The notes beneath the pieces are model-generated. The model was not told where the DNA came from. It saw only the letters and a list, made by a program, of their open reading frames with translations, and made no database searches. Shown here piece by piece: positions 26,977 through 35,447 of a stretch of DNA of 64,000 nt. Position numbers and translations under genes: made by a program. This DNA is from a virus: IMG/VR virus record IMGVR_UViG_3300035136_000101; one strand, written 5' to 3'. Numbering within the stretch: position 1 is the stretch's first letter; each line of letters begins with the position of its first letter.

Positions 26977-27597
26977 ATGAAAAGGTTGTTTTTTGTTGGA
27001 TTGTGTGTGATTTTTGTTGGATGTATACCTGATTTTGGTGAAAAAGAAAATAAAGCGCCACGATCAAAATCTGGGGTAAAGGCGGCTAGAGTAAAAGTAA
27101 AAACGAATGAAAAAGGTTTGACGGTTGAACAAGAAAATGTTGGTGCTCGTTTGAAAAATGATAGTGATGGAACATCAATAAAGCATTTGTATCTTGTTTC
27201 TGCATATACAGGAGATGTTCTTGTTTATTCGACTGTGAAGGGGAAAGTAACATCTTCAGGTAAAAGATTGACACCATATACTGTTGCTGCTGGAGCTATT
27301 TCTGATGGTCATGGTAATATAAACCATTATGGAATTCCTATTGTTGTTAATGGGACACAATATAGAACATCAGAGATTCTTCAAGATGATGGGACATATG
27401 GTCATTCAATGGAATATTTGTTTTGGCATGATATAAATGGTGTTTTTAGAAAAACATATGTTACGGGTGGAATAATGCCAATTATTAGTGCTGAACCAAT
27501 GGCTTTTCCAAAAGTTATTTTGAATGTGGATGATTCATGGTCGCCGAAAAAAAATAAGTCAGATGATGCATTATCTTCAAAAAAAAAATCTGAATAA
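26977..27597 (+). CDS. putative lipoprotein
   Basis: signal peptide MKRLFFVGLCVIFVGC with lipobox-like FVGC. Confidence 0.5.
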   Translation: MKRLFFVGLCVIFVGCIPDFGEKENKAPRSKSGVKAARVKVKTNEKGLTVEQENVGARLKNDSDGTSIKHLYLVSAYTGDVLVYSTVKGKVTSSGKRLTPYTVAAGAISDGHGNINHYGIPIVVNGTQYRTSEILQDDGTYGHSMEYLFWHDINGVFRKTYVTGGIMPIISAEPMAFPKVILNVDDSWSPKKNKSDDALSSKKKSE

Positions 27598-27632
27598 AAT
27601 AACTTTTTTCCCACACAAATAGGAGACAAATC

Positions 27633-28613
27633 GTGGATTATAGTAAAGAAGCGATAGATAACACTATCTTGAAGGTTAGAGTAGGATCTCATTTATTTGG
27701 GACAAATACAGAAGATAGTGATTTAGATATTGAAGGTATTTTTATGCCTCCAATATCTGTTTTATATGGTTTAGGGGAATGCAAGGAGGTTGATTTAAGT
27801 GAAGCATCAAAGGATGAAAAGGGTCGGAATACATCTGATGCTATAGATTTTAAATTGAGAGAATACAGGACATTTATGCGATTAGCTATTCAGAATAATC
27901 CTAATATTTTGAATATTGTTTTTTCAAATGATGAAAATGTTATTTTTCAAGACGAATTTGGAGAGCGATTGAGGGGAATGGCAGAGTATTTTCCATATAG
28001 AGATGGGTTAAGAAGGTATTATGGATATGCTCAATCTCAATTGCAGAAAATGACTATTAAGCCAGATAATTATTCTTATTTAAACAAAGCGTTGGATTTT
28101 TTATCTGGATGTAATCAAAAAGCTATTCTTGTTGATGTAATAAGATCAAAATGTAATCCATTGGCTAGAGTGTTTATTGATAAGGGGCCTGGTAAGCATG
28201 TTGTTGTTGCTGATTTGCATTATGAAAGGGGACTTCAAGTAGGAAAAGTTGTATCGATGATTAATGGTAGATTAGAAAGGGCTAGTTCAAGAGCTGATAA
28301 TTGGGAAAGATTTGGATATGATGTGAAATTTGCATCGAATTTGATTCAGATTTTAAAGCAAGGCATAGAGCTTGGTAAGACTGGTGTACTTAAATTTCCA
28401 TTAGGATATAGAGATTTGATTCTTGATATAAAGAAAGGCAAGTTTAAGTTATCTGAGGTTGATAATATGGCTACAGATTTGATTGAAGAAATGATTTCTA
28501 TTATAGAGGGTGAATGTTGTTTGCCAAAGAAGCCTAGAAGGTTGGAAATTGGAAATTTCACTATTATTGAAGTAAAGAAATGGTGTGACAAGCAGTTTGT
28601 TAGTTGTCATTGA
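27633..28613 (+). CDS. nucleotidyltransferase-fold protein (Pol-beta-like minimal NTase)
   Basis: GS-x9-SDLD motif: RVGSHLFGTNTEDSDLDIEG. Confidence 0.55.
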   Translation: MDYSKEAIDNTILKVRVGSHLFGTNTEDSDLDIEGIFMPPISVLYGLGECKEVDLSEASKDEKGRNTSDAIDFKLREYRTFMRLAIQNNPNILNIVFSNDENVIFQDEFGERLRGMAEYFPYRDGLRRYYGYAQSQLQKMTIKPDNYSYLNKALDFLSGCNQKAILVDVIRSKCNPLARVFIDKGPGKHVVVADLHYERGLQVGKVVSMINGRLERASSRADNWERFGYDVKFASNLIQILKQGIELGKTGVLKFPLGYRDLILDIKKGKFKLSEVDNMATDLIEEMISIIEGECCLPKKPRRLEIGNFTIIEVKKWCDKQFVSCH

Positions 28614-28659
28614 TATAATGTTTCACGTGAAATATTAGTGTTATTAAAGAGAATTAATT

Positions 28660-28675
28660 GCGAACTCGAGTTCGT
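28660..28675. promoter_or_regulatory. 16-bp palindrome variant GCGAACTCGAGTTCGT (copy 6), with TTGACA-17-TAAGTA-like promoter just downstream
   Basis: read directly; 71 nt upstream of the ATG at 28746. Confidence 0.7.
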
Positions 28676-28745
28676 TATGATTGTTGACAAAATATTAATT
28701 AAGTGATAAGTATGAAATGATATTGGTATAGATATCAATGGAGTT

Positions 28746-29192
28746 GTGATGGGTAATAAGATTGTGATTTGTCCATATTGTGGAAAGAAGGCTGAATTAA
28801 AAACTGGCAGAGAAATATATTTGGGTAGGGGTTCTTGGGATGGTAAAAAGTTTTGGGTTTGTGAGCCTTGTAATGCTTGGGTTGGGTGTCATGACCGAAA
28901 TAAGAGATATGGGCGTGTTGGTGATGAACCATTAGGTAGACTTGCTAATAAAGAGTTGAGAGAAGCGAAGATGAAAGCTCATTTGGCATTTGACCCTATT
29001 TGGAAAGAGAAAAGTATGAAGCGTAAAGAGGCTTATGCATGGCTTGCTAAGAAGTTAGGAATACCTGCTGAGGAATGTCATATAGGAATGTTTGATGTAG
29101 ACATGTGTAGAGAAGTGGTAATAGTAATGTCTGATTATTCGTTAGTAGTTGCAAATGCAATTTGTGGGCATCAACTTGGGAAATTGGAATAA
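28746..29192 (+). CDS. zinc-finger-containing hypothetical protein
   Basis: CPYCGKK ... CEPCNAWVGCHD. Confidence 0.45.
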   Translation: MMGNKIVICPYCGKKAELKTGREIYLGRGSWDGKKFWVCEPCNAWVGCHDRNKRYGRVGDEPLGRLANKELREAKMKAHLAFDPIWKEKSMKRKEAYAWLAKKLGIPAEECHIGMFDVDMCREVVIVMSDYSLVVANAICGHQLGKLE

Positions 29193-29197
29193 TAAAA

Positions 29198-29410
29198 ATG
29201 TCTAATAATAAATATAGGCTAAATATTGAACTTACAGATCAAGTAATGAAAAGATTGAACAAATTAGTTGTGGAAAGTGATTCAAGTTCTAAGACTGATG
29301 TTATTAGAAAATCGCTTGCTTTATATGAGACAATAATGCGGATTCGAAAAGAAGATGGACAAGTTATATTATTATTAAGAGACGGAAATCAGATGGAATT
29401 GGTATTTTAA
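29198..29410 (+). CDS. ribbon-helix-helix (CopG/Arc-like) small DNA-binding protein
   Basis: YRLNIELTDQVMKRLNKL...KTDVIRKSLALYE beta-strand plus two helices pattern; start at ATG 29198. Confidence 0.4.
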   Translation: MSNNKYRLNIELTDQVMKRLNKLVVESDSSSKTDVIRKSLALYETIMRIRKEDGQVILLLRDGNQMELVF

Positions 29411-29496
29411 ATAGGAGTGTCATATTATGGTGGTTTGACAAGGAAACAACGTAATAAATTAGAGCAGATCTATGATTATTTTTTGGGAGTTTATTA

Positions 29497-29682
29497 ATGG
29501 AAACAAATGAACAATTTTATAATGATATTGATAAAGCAAGAGAAGAAGGAAAGATTAGTTTAACAGAATGGGAGATTGATTTTATTGATTCAATTGGTGA
29601 ACGATTGGATATGGGACGTGATTTATCCAGGAAACAGCGTGAAACGCTGGATAGAATTCATGAAAAAATAAGACCATGGTAG
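29497..29682 (+). CDS. hypothetical protein
   Basis: ORF track. Confidence 0.35.
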   Translation: METNEQFYNDIDKAREEGKISLTEWEIDFIDSIGERLDMGRDLSRKQRETLDRIHEKIRPW

Positions 29683-30161
29683 ATGATAAATATTTAATAG
29701 ATGCAGCTGTTAGAATACTTGCATCTGTTTCTGATAGACACCTTGATGTGATTAAGCTTAATAAAATTCTTTTTTATCTTGATTTGAAATCATTGCTTGA
29801 GTGTAGTGAAACAGTAACTCATAAAGATTTTATTGCAATAAAGCAGGGGCCAGTAATTTTAAATTACAGAAAATGTCTTGTTGATTCTATGAAAGAAAAA
29901 GGTTTGATTGTTGTTGAAGGTGATACGTTAATATTGTTGAACAGGACAGGTTTTGATGGGAAATTTTATTCTGATGAATTTTTATATGTTTTAGACCTTA
30001 GCAATGATGATTCTTTTTGGGATTGGTATAAAGAAAATATTGGTTGGCAGATTGCATATAGAGAGGGATTAGGAAGAGGGAGGAAACCACAATTTATTAA
30101 TATGCATTTGGCTATGCAACAGATAGTTGATGATAATTGGAGGTATGAAAATGTTGAATAG
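29676..30161 (+). CDS. Panacea-domain (SocA/GepA-like) protein
   Basis: DVIKLNKILFYLDLKSL...FIAIKQGPV matches the Panacea pattern (KLQKLLYYAQ ... GPV). Confidence 0.55.
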   Translation: MVDDKYLIDAAVRILASVSDRHLDVIKLNKILFYLDLKSLLECSETVTHKDFIAIKQGPVILNYRKCLVDSMKEKGLIVVEGDTLILLNRTGFDGKFYSDEFLYVLDLSNDDSFWDWYKENIGWQIAYREGLGRGRKPQFINMHLAMQQIVDDNWRYENVE

Positions 30162-30330
30162 AATAAAGAATTTTTTTGGTAGAATTATTTGTATGTGTGT
30201 TGGTTGCAAAATGGATCGTGATGTTTCTATAGTCGAGGAGTGGAAGTGTACTAGGTGTGGATATCATCATGAGAAGATTGATTGGCCAACGGTAGATGTA
30301 AATTATAATCATTTTGATGATGCAAGTTGA
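30151..30330 (+). CDS. small zinc-ribbon protein
   Basis: CMCVGCK ... CTRCGYHHE; start ATG 30151 after ggaggtatg. Confidence 0.35.
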   Translation: MLNRIKNFFGRIICMCVGCKMDRDVSIVEEWKCTRCGYHHEKIDWPTVDVNYNHFDDAS

Positions 30331-30336
30331 GATAAT

Positions 30337-30549
30337 ATGAAACCTATTATAAAAGTAAGTGGTGAAGTTATTACTATTAAAGAGTTGAAGGATTTTGTAA
30401 AAGATTTACCAGAAAAAGATAGTTATACTGGTGATGATTATGAAGTATGGATTGGTAGAGGAAATATATCAAATCCATGTAGACAATTATGGACATTAAA
30501 TAAGAGTGACCGTGGTTGTGATATTTTATTGAGTGATGATGTTGGTTAA
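30337..30549 (+). CDS. hypothetical protein
   Basis: ORF track. Confidence 0.4.
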   Translation: MKPIIKVSGEVITIKELKDFVKDLPEKDSYTGDDYEVWIGRGNISNPCRQLWTLNKSDRGCDILLSDDVG

Positions 30550-30573
30550 AGTAATTATTGGAATAGCAATTAA

Positions 30574-30816
30574 ATGAGTACCGTGAAGATAAAAAATGAT
30601 GCTGATCTAAAAAAAGCTTTTAATCGTCTCGATGAAATTTGGACATCAAAGCCAGGTGAAGAGAACTGGGAAGAACGTTGTGACTTGGTGGACAAGATTG
30701 AACAATATGAGAATTTGACTGTTGATATTTCTCCACCAAATCCGGTTGATGCGATTCTTTTTAGAATGGAGCAAAGTAACCTGCTTTTGAAGGTGATTAA
30801 TAATGAAAAAGAATGA
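30574..30816 (+). CDS. HigA-family antitoxin N-terminal-domain-like protein
   Basis: IKNDADLKKAFNRLDEIW ... PNPVDAILFRMEQ matches the conserved N-terminal extension of HigA-type antitoxins (I.teeey..al.ri.eL ... PDPveaIkFRMeQ). Confidence 0.45.
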   Translation: MSTVKIKNDADLKKAFNRLDEIWTSKPGEENWEERCDLVDKIEQYENLTVDISPPNPVDAILFRMEQSNLLLKVINNEKE

Positions 30817-31051
30817 ATTTGGTAGGCATCTAAATGCTATCCGCATTAGCAAAAATATAAGTCTTGATGAATTAGCAAATGAAACCCAAATAGCTTCATG
30901 GGTTTTATGGCTTTATGAAGAAGGGAGGGAAATTCCTAAAAAACCTAAAGTTCATGCGATAGCAAGAGTATTAGGTTGTGATGCTAGGAATCTTTTGGAT
31001 TCAAGGAAGTATTCATTAGCGGAGAAACGGAGAAATAGTAATGAAATTTGA
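30803..31051 (+). CDS. XRE-family HTH DNA-binding protein
   Basis: helix-turn-helix LNAIRISKNISLDELANETQIASWVLWLYEEG. Confidence 0.5.
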   Translation: MKKNEFGRHLNAIRISKNISLDELANETQIASWVLWLYEEGREIPKKPKVHAIARVLGCDARNLLDSRKYSLAEKRRNSNEI

Positions 31052-31307
31052 GGAGAACAAATCAATAGGGCATAAGGAAGGGGATTTTTTTATTGGTGGA
31101 AAGATGGTAACGGTACCAGTTCCTCAATGGGAGAATACTAAACAGGGTGATGCTATACGTTCTAAAAGAAGAGCAAGTGGTATTACATTGAGAAGAGCTG
31201 CATCTATGATAGGAATAACTGGTACAGAATTGACAGGGTTAGAGATAGGGAAATATAGTATTTCAGAAGATGATTTTGATGATATTATGAGAAAATTGAG
31301 TGAGTAA
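31041..31307 (+). CDS. XRE-family HTH DNA-binding protein
   Basis: IRSKRRASGITLRRAASMIGITGTELTGLEIGK. Confidence 0.5.
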   Translation: MKFEENKSIGHKEGDFFIGGKMVTVPVPQWENTKQGDAIRSKRRASGITLRRAASMIGITGTELTGLEIGKYSISEDDFDDIMRKLSE

Positions 31308-31309
31308 TA

Positions 31310-31591
31310 ATGTTTGATAAATATGATGAAATGATAAAACGTGAAAGGGAAAAATGGCTTTGTGAAAGAAAAAAATGGTATAATAAAATTGAAAAAAATT
31401 TTGAGGTAAAATCATGTAAAGGTTTAGCTAATAAATATTGGTTTATTTTAGCAGCAATATTTTTATCTTTGGTATCTTTGCCTTTTTGGGTTCCTACTAA
31501 TATTTTAAGAATAATAGGTAATGTTTTCCCATTAATTGGATTATGTTATTCATTGTTAGCATTATTATTATTATTTTATAGGAATAGGTGA
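31310..31591 (+). CDS. hypothetical membrane protein
   Basis: two hydrophobic helices (YWFILAAIFLSLVSLPFWV; FPLIGLCYSLLALLLLF). Confidence 0.4.
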   Translation: MFDKYDEMIKREREKWLCERKKWYNKIEKNFEVKSCKGLANKYWFILAAIFLSLVSLPFWVPTNILRIIGNVFPLIGLCYSLLALLLLFYRNR

Positions 31592-31594
31592 ATT

Positions 31595-31897
31595 ATGACT
31601 TGGTTTCGTAATATGACTTATTATGAATGGGCGTTAATTATGTGTAAGGAACTTAAAGAATGGAAAAAGACTGCACCAATATTAACGGATGAGGAGGCTT
31701 ATGAAAGATTAAATGGGCTTGGTTACCTTACAACAGATAGAGAATCTAGGATGAAAATTTTAAATGTTGGATTATGGATTAGTGCAACGTTGGTTGATTT
31801 TGATGAAGGTTATCATTTAGATGCAAGACCATGTTTTTTGAATAAGGATGGACATTTGAGGAAGATGAAAGTAGGGCCATTGGCTTTTGAGTTATAA
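31595..31897 (+). CDS. hypothetical protein
   Basis: ORF track. Confidence 0.4.
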   Translation: MTWFRNMTYYEWALIMCKELKEWKKTAPILTDEEAYERLNGLGYLTTDRESRMKILNVGLWISATLVDFDEGYHLDARPCFLNKDGHLRKMKVGPLAFEL

Positions 31898-31910
31898 GGA
31901 GATAGTTAAG

Positions 31911-32102
31911 ATGGTTGTTGCTAAATTGCATATTATATGTGGTAATTGTGGAAAAGATGATGAATTTGAACATGATATTTTGCTTGGTCAAAAAGGTGCT
32001 AGAATGAAATCAACTCGTGTATTTTTGAAGTGTAAAAATTGTGGTACTATTCATGAATTAGATAATTATTCTGAGTTGAATGTTATTCAAGAAGAAATTT
32101 AA
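31911..32102 (+). CDS. small zinc-ribbon protein
   Basis: CGNCGK ... CKNCGT; start at ATG 31911 after aaggagatag. Confidence 0.4.
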   Translation: MVVAKLHIICGNCGKDDEFEHDILLGQKGARMKSTRVFLKCKNCGTIHELDNYSELNVIQEEI

Positions 32103-32104
32103 AT

Positions 32105-32296
32105 ATGTTATTGAAAATAGATAAAAATGGTATTTGGGATTTAGACAGAGGATGTTATATTGTATGGACAGGTTTGGATGCAAGGTTGCATTGTTTAGGT
32201 GATAAAATTGAAAAGTTGAATGATTGGTTTGCTGATGTCTGTAGAAAACATCCTATCAATATTGAAAACGATAAAAACGGGAATAGTATCTCTTGA
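32105..32296 (+). CDS. hypothetical protein
   Basis: ORF track. Confidence 0.35.
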   Translation: MLLKIDKNGIWDLDRGCYIVWTGLDARLHCLGDKIEKLNDWFADVCRKHPINIENDKNGNSIS

Positions 32297-32603
32297 ATCA
32301 GAAGTGGTATTTTTGATTGAAGAAAAATTTAAAGAATTTGGTATTAAATATTCAAAAGAAGTTTTTTTATCTAAAGGATGCAGAGTAGACCTTTTGACAG
32401 AAGATGGGATTGCTATAGAAGTAAAAAAGGGCAAGCCCAATACAAGATCTGTATCAATGCAAATTCAAAGATATGCGAGTAGTGATAAAGTAACGGCTGT
32501 AATTCTTGTATCTGAGAGGGGATTATTTAGTCATATAACAGAAGCAAATGGTAAACCGATTGGGTATGTTTCATTATCATCGAATTGGGGAGTAGCTTTA
32601 TGA
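32220..32603 (+). CDS. small PD-(D/E)xK nuclease-fold protein (start uncertain; overlaps the previous ORF by 77 nt)
   Basis: GCRVDLLTEDGIAIEVKKGK = D ... E-V-K catalytic-like motif; possible GTG start at 32304 or a frameshift with 32105-32296. Confidence 0.4.
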   Translation: MIGLLMSVENILSILKTIKTGIVSLESEVVFLIEEKFKEFGIKYSKEVFLSKGCRVDLLTEDGIAIEVKKGKPNTRSVSMQIQRYASSDKVTAVILVSERGLFSHITEANGKPIGYVSLSSNWGVAL

Positions 32604-32722
32604 AGATGTGTGTTAATGGGTGTAATGAGCCGGTTCATGACCCATCAAAAGTTTTATGTAAAAGATGTTTAGATGAATTGGATAAAAAGATGAAGACAAT
32701 ATTGAAACGGATGAAGGATAGA

Positions 32723-32738
32723 GCGAACTCGAGTTCGC
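32723..32738. promoter_or_regulatory. 16-bp palindrome GCGAACTCGAGTTCGC (copy 7), 15 nt upstream of the ATG at 32754
   Basis: perfect palindrome, followed by agaaagg. Confidence 0.8.
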
Positions 32739-32753
32739 AGAAAGGTTGAGAAG

Positions 32754-33131
32754 ATGAAGTTTCATAATTGGACAGAAGAAGATGATAGTAAGTTGAAGGT
32801 AGCTATAAGAGATTGTCAGCCTATTTTTGACCACTATAAGGAACAAGGTAAAACTTATAGTGAAGCTAATGCATGGGATGCTATTGCTGGAAGATTGTTG
32901 CCTGATATTTGTGTCACAGGTGCAGCATGTAGAAGACGATACGAGAAAATAAAGGAAAAAGAGAGTAGTGGTTGGGAGGATACAATAGAAAAAGTTGAGG
33001 CTTATGAGCGTGGATTAGCAGAGACAACTTTTGATGGAGTTTCTGAATTGCTTGGTAATGTAGATGCTATATTTGACGCTATAAGAGATATAAGAGAAGA
33101 GATTAGAGAATTAAAAGACATTTGGAAATGA
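32754..33131 (+). CDS. hypothetical protein with Myb/SANT(MADF)-like segment
   Basis: WTEEDDSKL ... AWDAIAGRL ... CRRRYEKI resembles the W..(spacer)..aW..IA..L...C..rW spacing of SANT/MADF domains; weak. Confidence 0.4.
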   Translation: MKFHNWTEEDDSKLKVAIRDCQPIFDHYKEQGKTYSEANAWDAIAGRLLPDICVTGAACRRRYEKIKEKESSGWEDTIEKVEAYERGLAETTFDGVSELLGNVDAIFDAIRDIREEIRELKDIWK

Positions 33132-33287
33132 AAATTAATTGGATTGTTATTTTGAAAGTTGATGATAGGGTACCAGAGTTTTATCCATGTGAAGAGAATA
33201 GTGAAGCTGAAAGATTGTATGAACATTTCAAGCAGAATTGGTCAAACGTGTATTTGTGTAAAGTAGAAAAGGGACCGTTGGTATAAT

Positions 33288-35057
33288 ATGGCAGATGAAT
33301 TTCCTGATTACTTAAAAGAACCGACAAATATTGGTTATAAATATGGAGATCTTTATTATAGAAAGGGAAGGTTTATTCTGTCTGGCGAACCTGTCATGAT
33401 GGAATTTGCAAAGCGTGTCTTTCCTGGTGCTCAAGTAGGAGGATATAGAAAAACAGGGAAATTATCATTTGGAAGGTCATCTAGAGAAGTTTCAGATCTT
33501 AATTGGATGATGATGAGATTTCCGTTGAATGTGCATTGCAAGGAATACTTAGATAAAGCAAGAGACACTGCGGTTGACAGATGGTTTGGATTAGCAACTG
33601 GAAATAATTTAAAGCCAACCACTCCACCATCTGAGTTTTTAGGGAAGTTATATCCATATCAAGAAGAAGCTGTTACTTTTATGACATCAAATAAAAGAGT
33701 TTTATTAGGAGACAGCATGGGATTGGGTAAAACATGGAGTGCTCTTGGTGCAGTAGCTCAATCTAAGATGTATCCGTGTTTAGTAGTATGTCAGGCACAT
33801 GTTCAATTACAATGGCAAAGAGCTATAGGATCTCTTTTTGATATGGGTAGTGGATATCAGAAGAGTCTTTTTGATACTGATTTTGATATATCAATAAAAA
33901 GAGGAAAATCTTTAGCACCTATATTAAAGGGAAGGACATCATACAGAATTCCAAGATTGCCATTTTCAATAATACATTATGGATTGATTGCATGGTGGGA
34001 AGAAGAATTATTGGCAAATAGATTTAAAACTGTAATTTTTGATGAAATTCAAGAATTACGACATAGTGACACTAAAAAATATTCTACTGCTTCTCTTTTG
34101 TCTGGGGAAGCAGAACACGTTTATGGGTTATCAGGAACTCCAATTTACGGGTATGGTTCAGAGATATGGTCAGTTACAAATGCTGTTGATTTTAATTGCT
34201 TAGGGTCACAGGAGGCATTTGGTAGGGAGTGGTGTGATGGGTATGGGTCTAAGATAGTTTATGATCCAAAGGCATTGCACGGTCATATGGTGCGTGAGGG
34301 ATTACTCCTTAGACGTAAATATGATGATGTAATGCCTGATTTGCCGAAAGTAATAAGAAGAGTTCAAGACCTTGAACAAGATGATGAATTGTATGAACAA
34401 TTAATTGAAACAGCTAAAAGGAGAGCTGATGTTTGGCTTACTTCTTCTTTTACTGAGAAAGGTAGATTAGCAAGAGAGATAGAGGGAGAAACAAGACAAG
34501 CTGCAGGTATAGCAAAAGCAAAATATGTAGCTGAGTTTGTGGCTTCATTGATAGAAGCAGGAGAGAAACCACTTATTTATGCTTGGCATCATGCTGTTCA
34601 TAATATTCTTCGTGAGACATTGGCAAGATATGAACCCAGTTTTATAACTGGAAAACAGACGCAAATACAAAAAGATAGGGCAATACGTAAATTTGTTAAT
34701 GGTGAAAATGATGTTGTTATTTTAAGTTTGAGGTCTGCATCTGGAATAGATGGTCTTCAATATCGTGCAACATGTTGTGTTTTTGCTGAATTAGATTGGA
34801 GTCCGGCAGTTCACGGGCAAAGTGAGACAAGAATTGCAAGAATAGGTGTAGACTCAACAGTGAAAGAAGTTCCTGCTTATTATTGTGTTTCACGAAGCGG
34901 ATTTGATGAAATAATATTAGATGTTTTAGGTGTAAAGAAAGGACAATTTTTAGGATTGATGGGGGATGAACCTGAAGATGAACAAGAGGAATATGTTGCT
35001 TCACAAAGAATAGCTTCGAGAATAAAACTTTTGGTTGAAAAGTTGACAAATGGTTAA
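33288..35057 (+). CDS. SNF2-family DNA helicase/ATPase
   Basis: motif I LLGDSMGLGKT, motif II VIFDEIQELRH, motif VI QSETRIARIG, YPYQEEAV Q-motif-like. Confidence 0.8.
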   Translation: MADEFPDYLKEPTNIGYKYGDLYYRKGRFILSGEPVMMEFAKRVFPGAQVGGYRKTGKLSFGRSSREVSDLNWMMMRFPLNVHCKEYLDKARDTAVDRWFGLATGNNLKPTTPPSEFLGKLYPYQEEAVTFMTSNKRVLLGDSMGLGKTWSALGAVAQSKMYPCLVVCQAHVQLQWQRAIGSLFDMGSGYQKSLFDTDFDISIKRGKSLAPILKGRTSYRIPRLPFSIIHYGLIAWWEEELLANRFKTVIFDEIQELRHSDTKKYSTASLLSGEAEHVYGLSGTPIYGYGSEIWSVTNAVDFNCLGSQEAFGREWCDGYGSKIVYDPKALHGHMVREGLLLRRKYDDVMPDLPKVIRRVQDLEQDDELYEQLIETAKRRADVWLTSSFTEKGRLAREIEGETRQAAGIAKAKYVAEFVASLIEAGEKPLIYAWHHAVHNILRETLARYEPSFITGKQTQIQKDRAIRKFVNGENDVVILSLRSASGIDGLQYRATCCVFAELDWSPAVHGQSETRIARIGVDSTVKEVPAYYCVSRSGFDEIILDVLGVKKGQFLGLMGDEPEDEQEEYVASQRIASRIKLLVEKLTNG

Positions 35058-35121
35058 TTGATGATTATGAATAGAGTTGATTAAGGCTAAGATGGTCTTT
35101 ATTATTTAAAAGGAGGTAAAA

Positions 35122-35439
35122 ATGTTTTGTACTTATAAACATACGTCAGTTCAAGTTTCAGATGAGGAATGGAAATGTCCAAAATGTGGGGCTGGTGTTG
35201 AGTATACTAATGAAGTTGGAGATATTACAGATGGATTTGTAATATCTGATTCTGTTAATTATGATTGTGAATTATTGCACGAAGATGATGAAGTAGAATG
35301 TTGCAGATGTGGATATACTGCATCTGGGTCAAAATATATTAGAGAGTATATAAAAATAAAAAATTTGGTTAAATGTCCTTGTTGTAAGGGAAAAGGAATG
35401 ATAACAAAAAATAAGGCTGAAGAATATAAAAATAGATAG
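35122..35439 (+). CDS. zinc-ribbon protein (three CxxC pairs)
   Basis: CPKCGAG, CCRCGY, CPCCKGKG; RBS aaaggaggtaaaaATG. Confidence 0.45.
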   Translation: MFCTYKHTSVQVSDEEWKCPKCGAGVEYTNEVGDITDGFVISDSVNYDCELLHEDDEVECCRCGYTASGSKYIREYIKIKNLVKCPCCKGKGMITKNKAEEYKNR

Positions 35440-35447
35440 GATTAACA

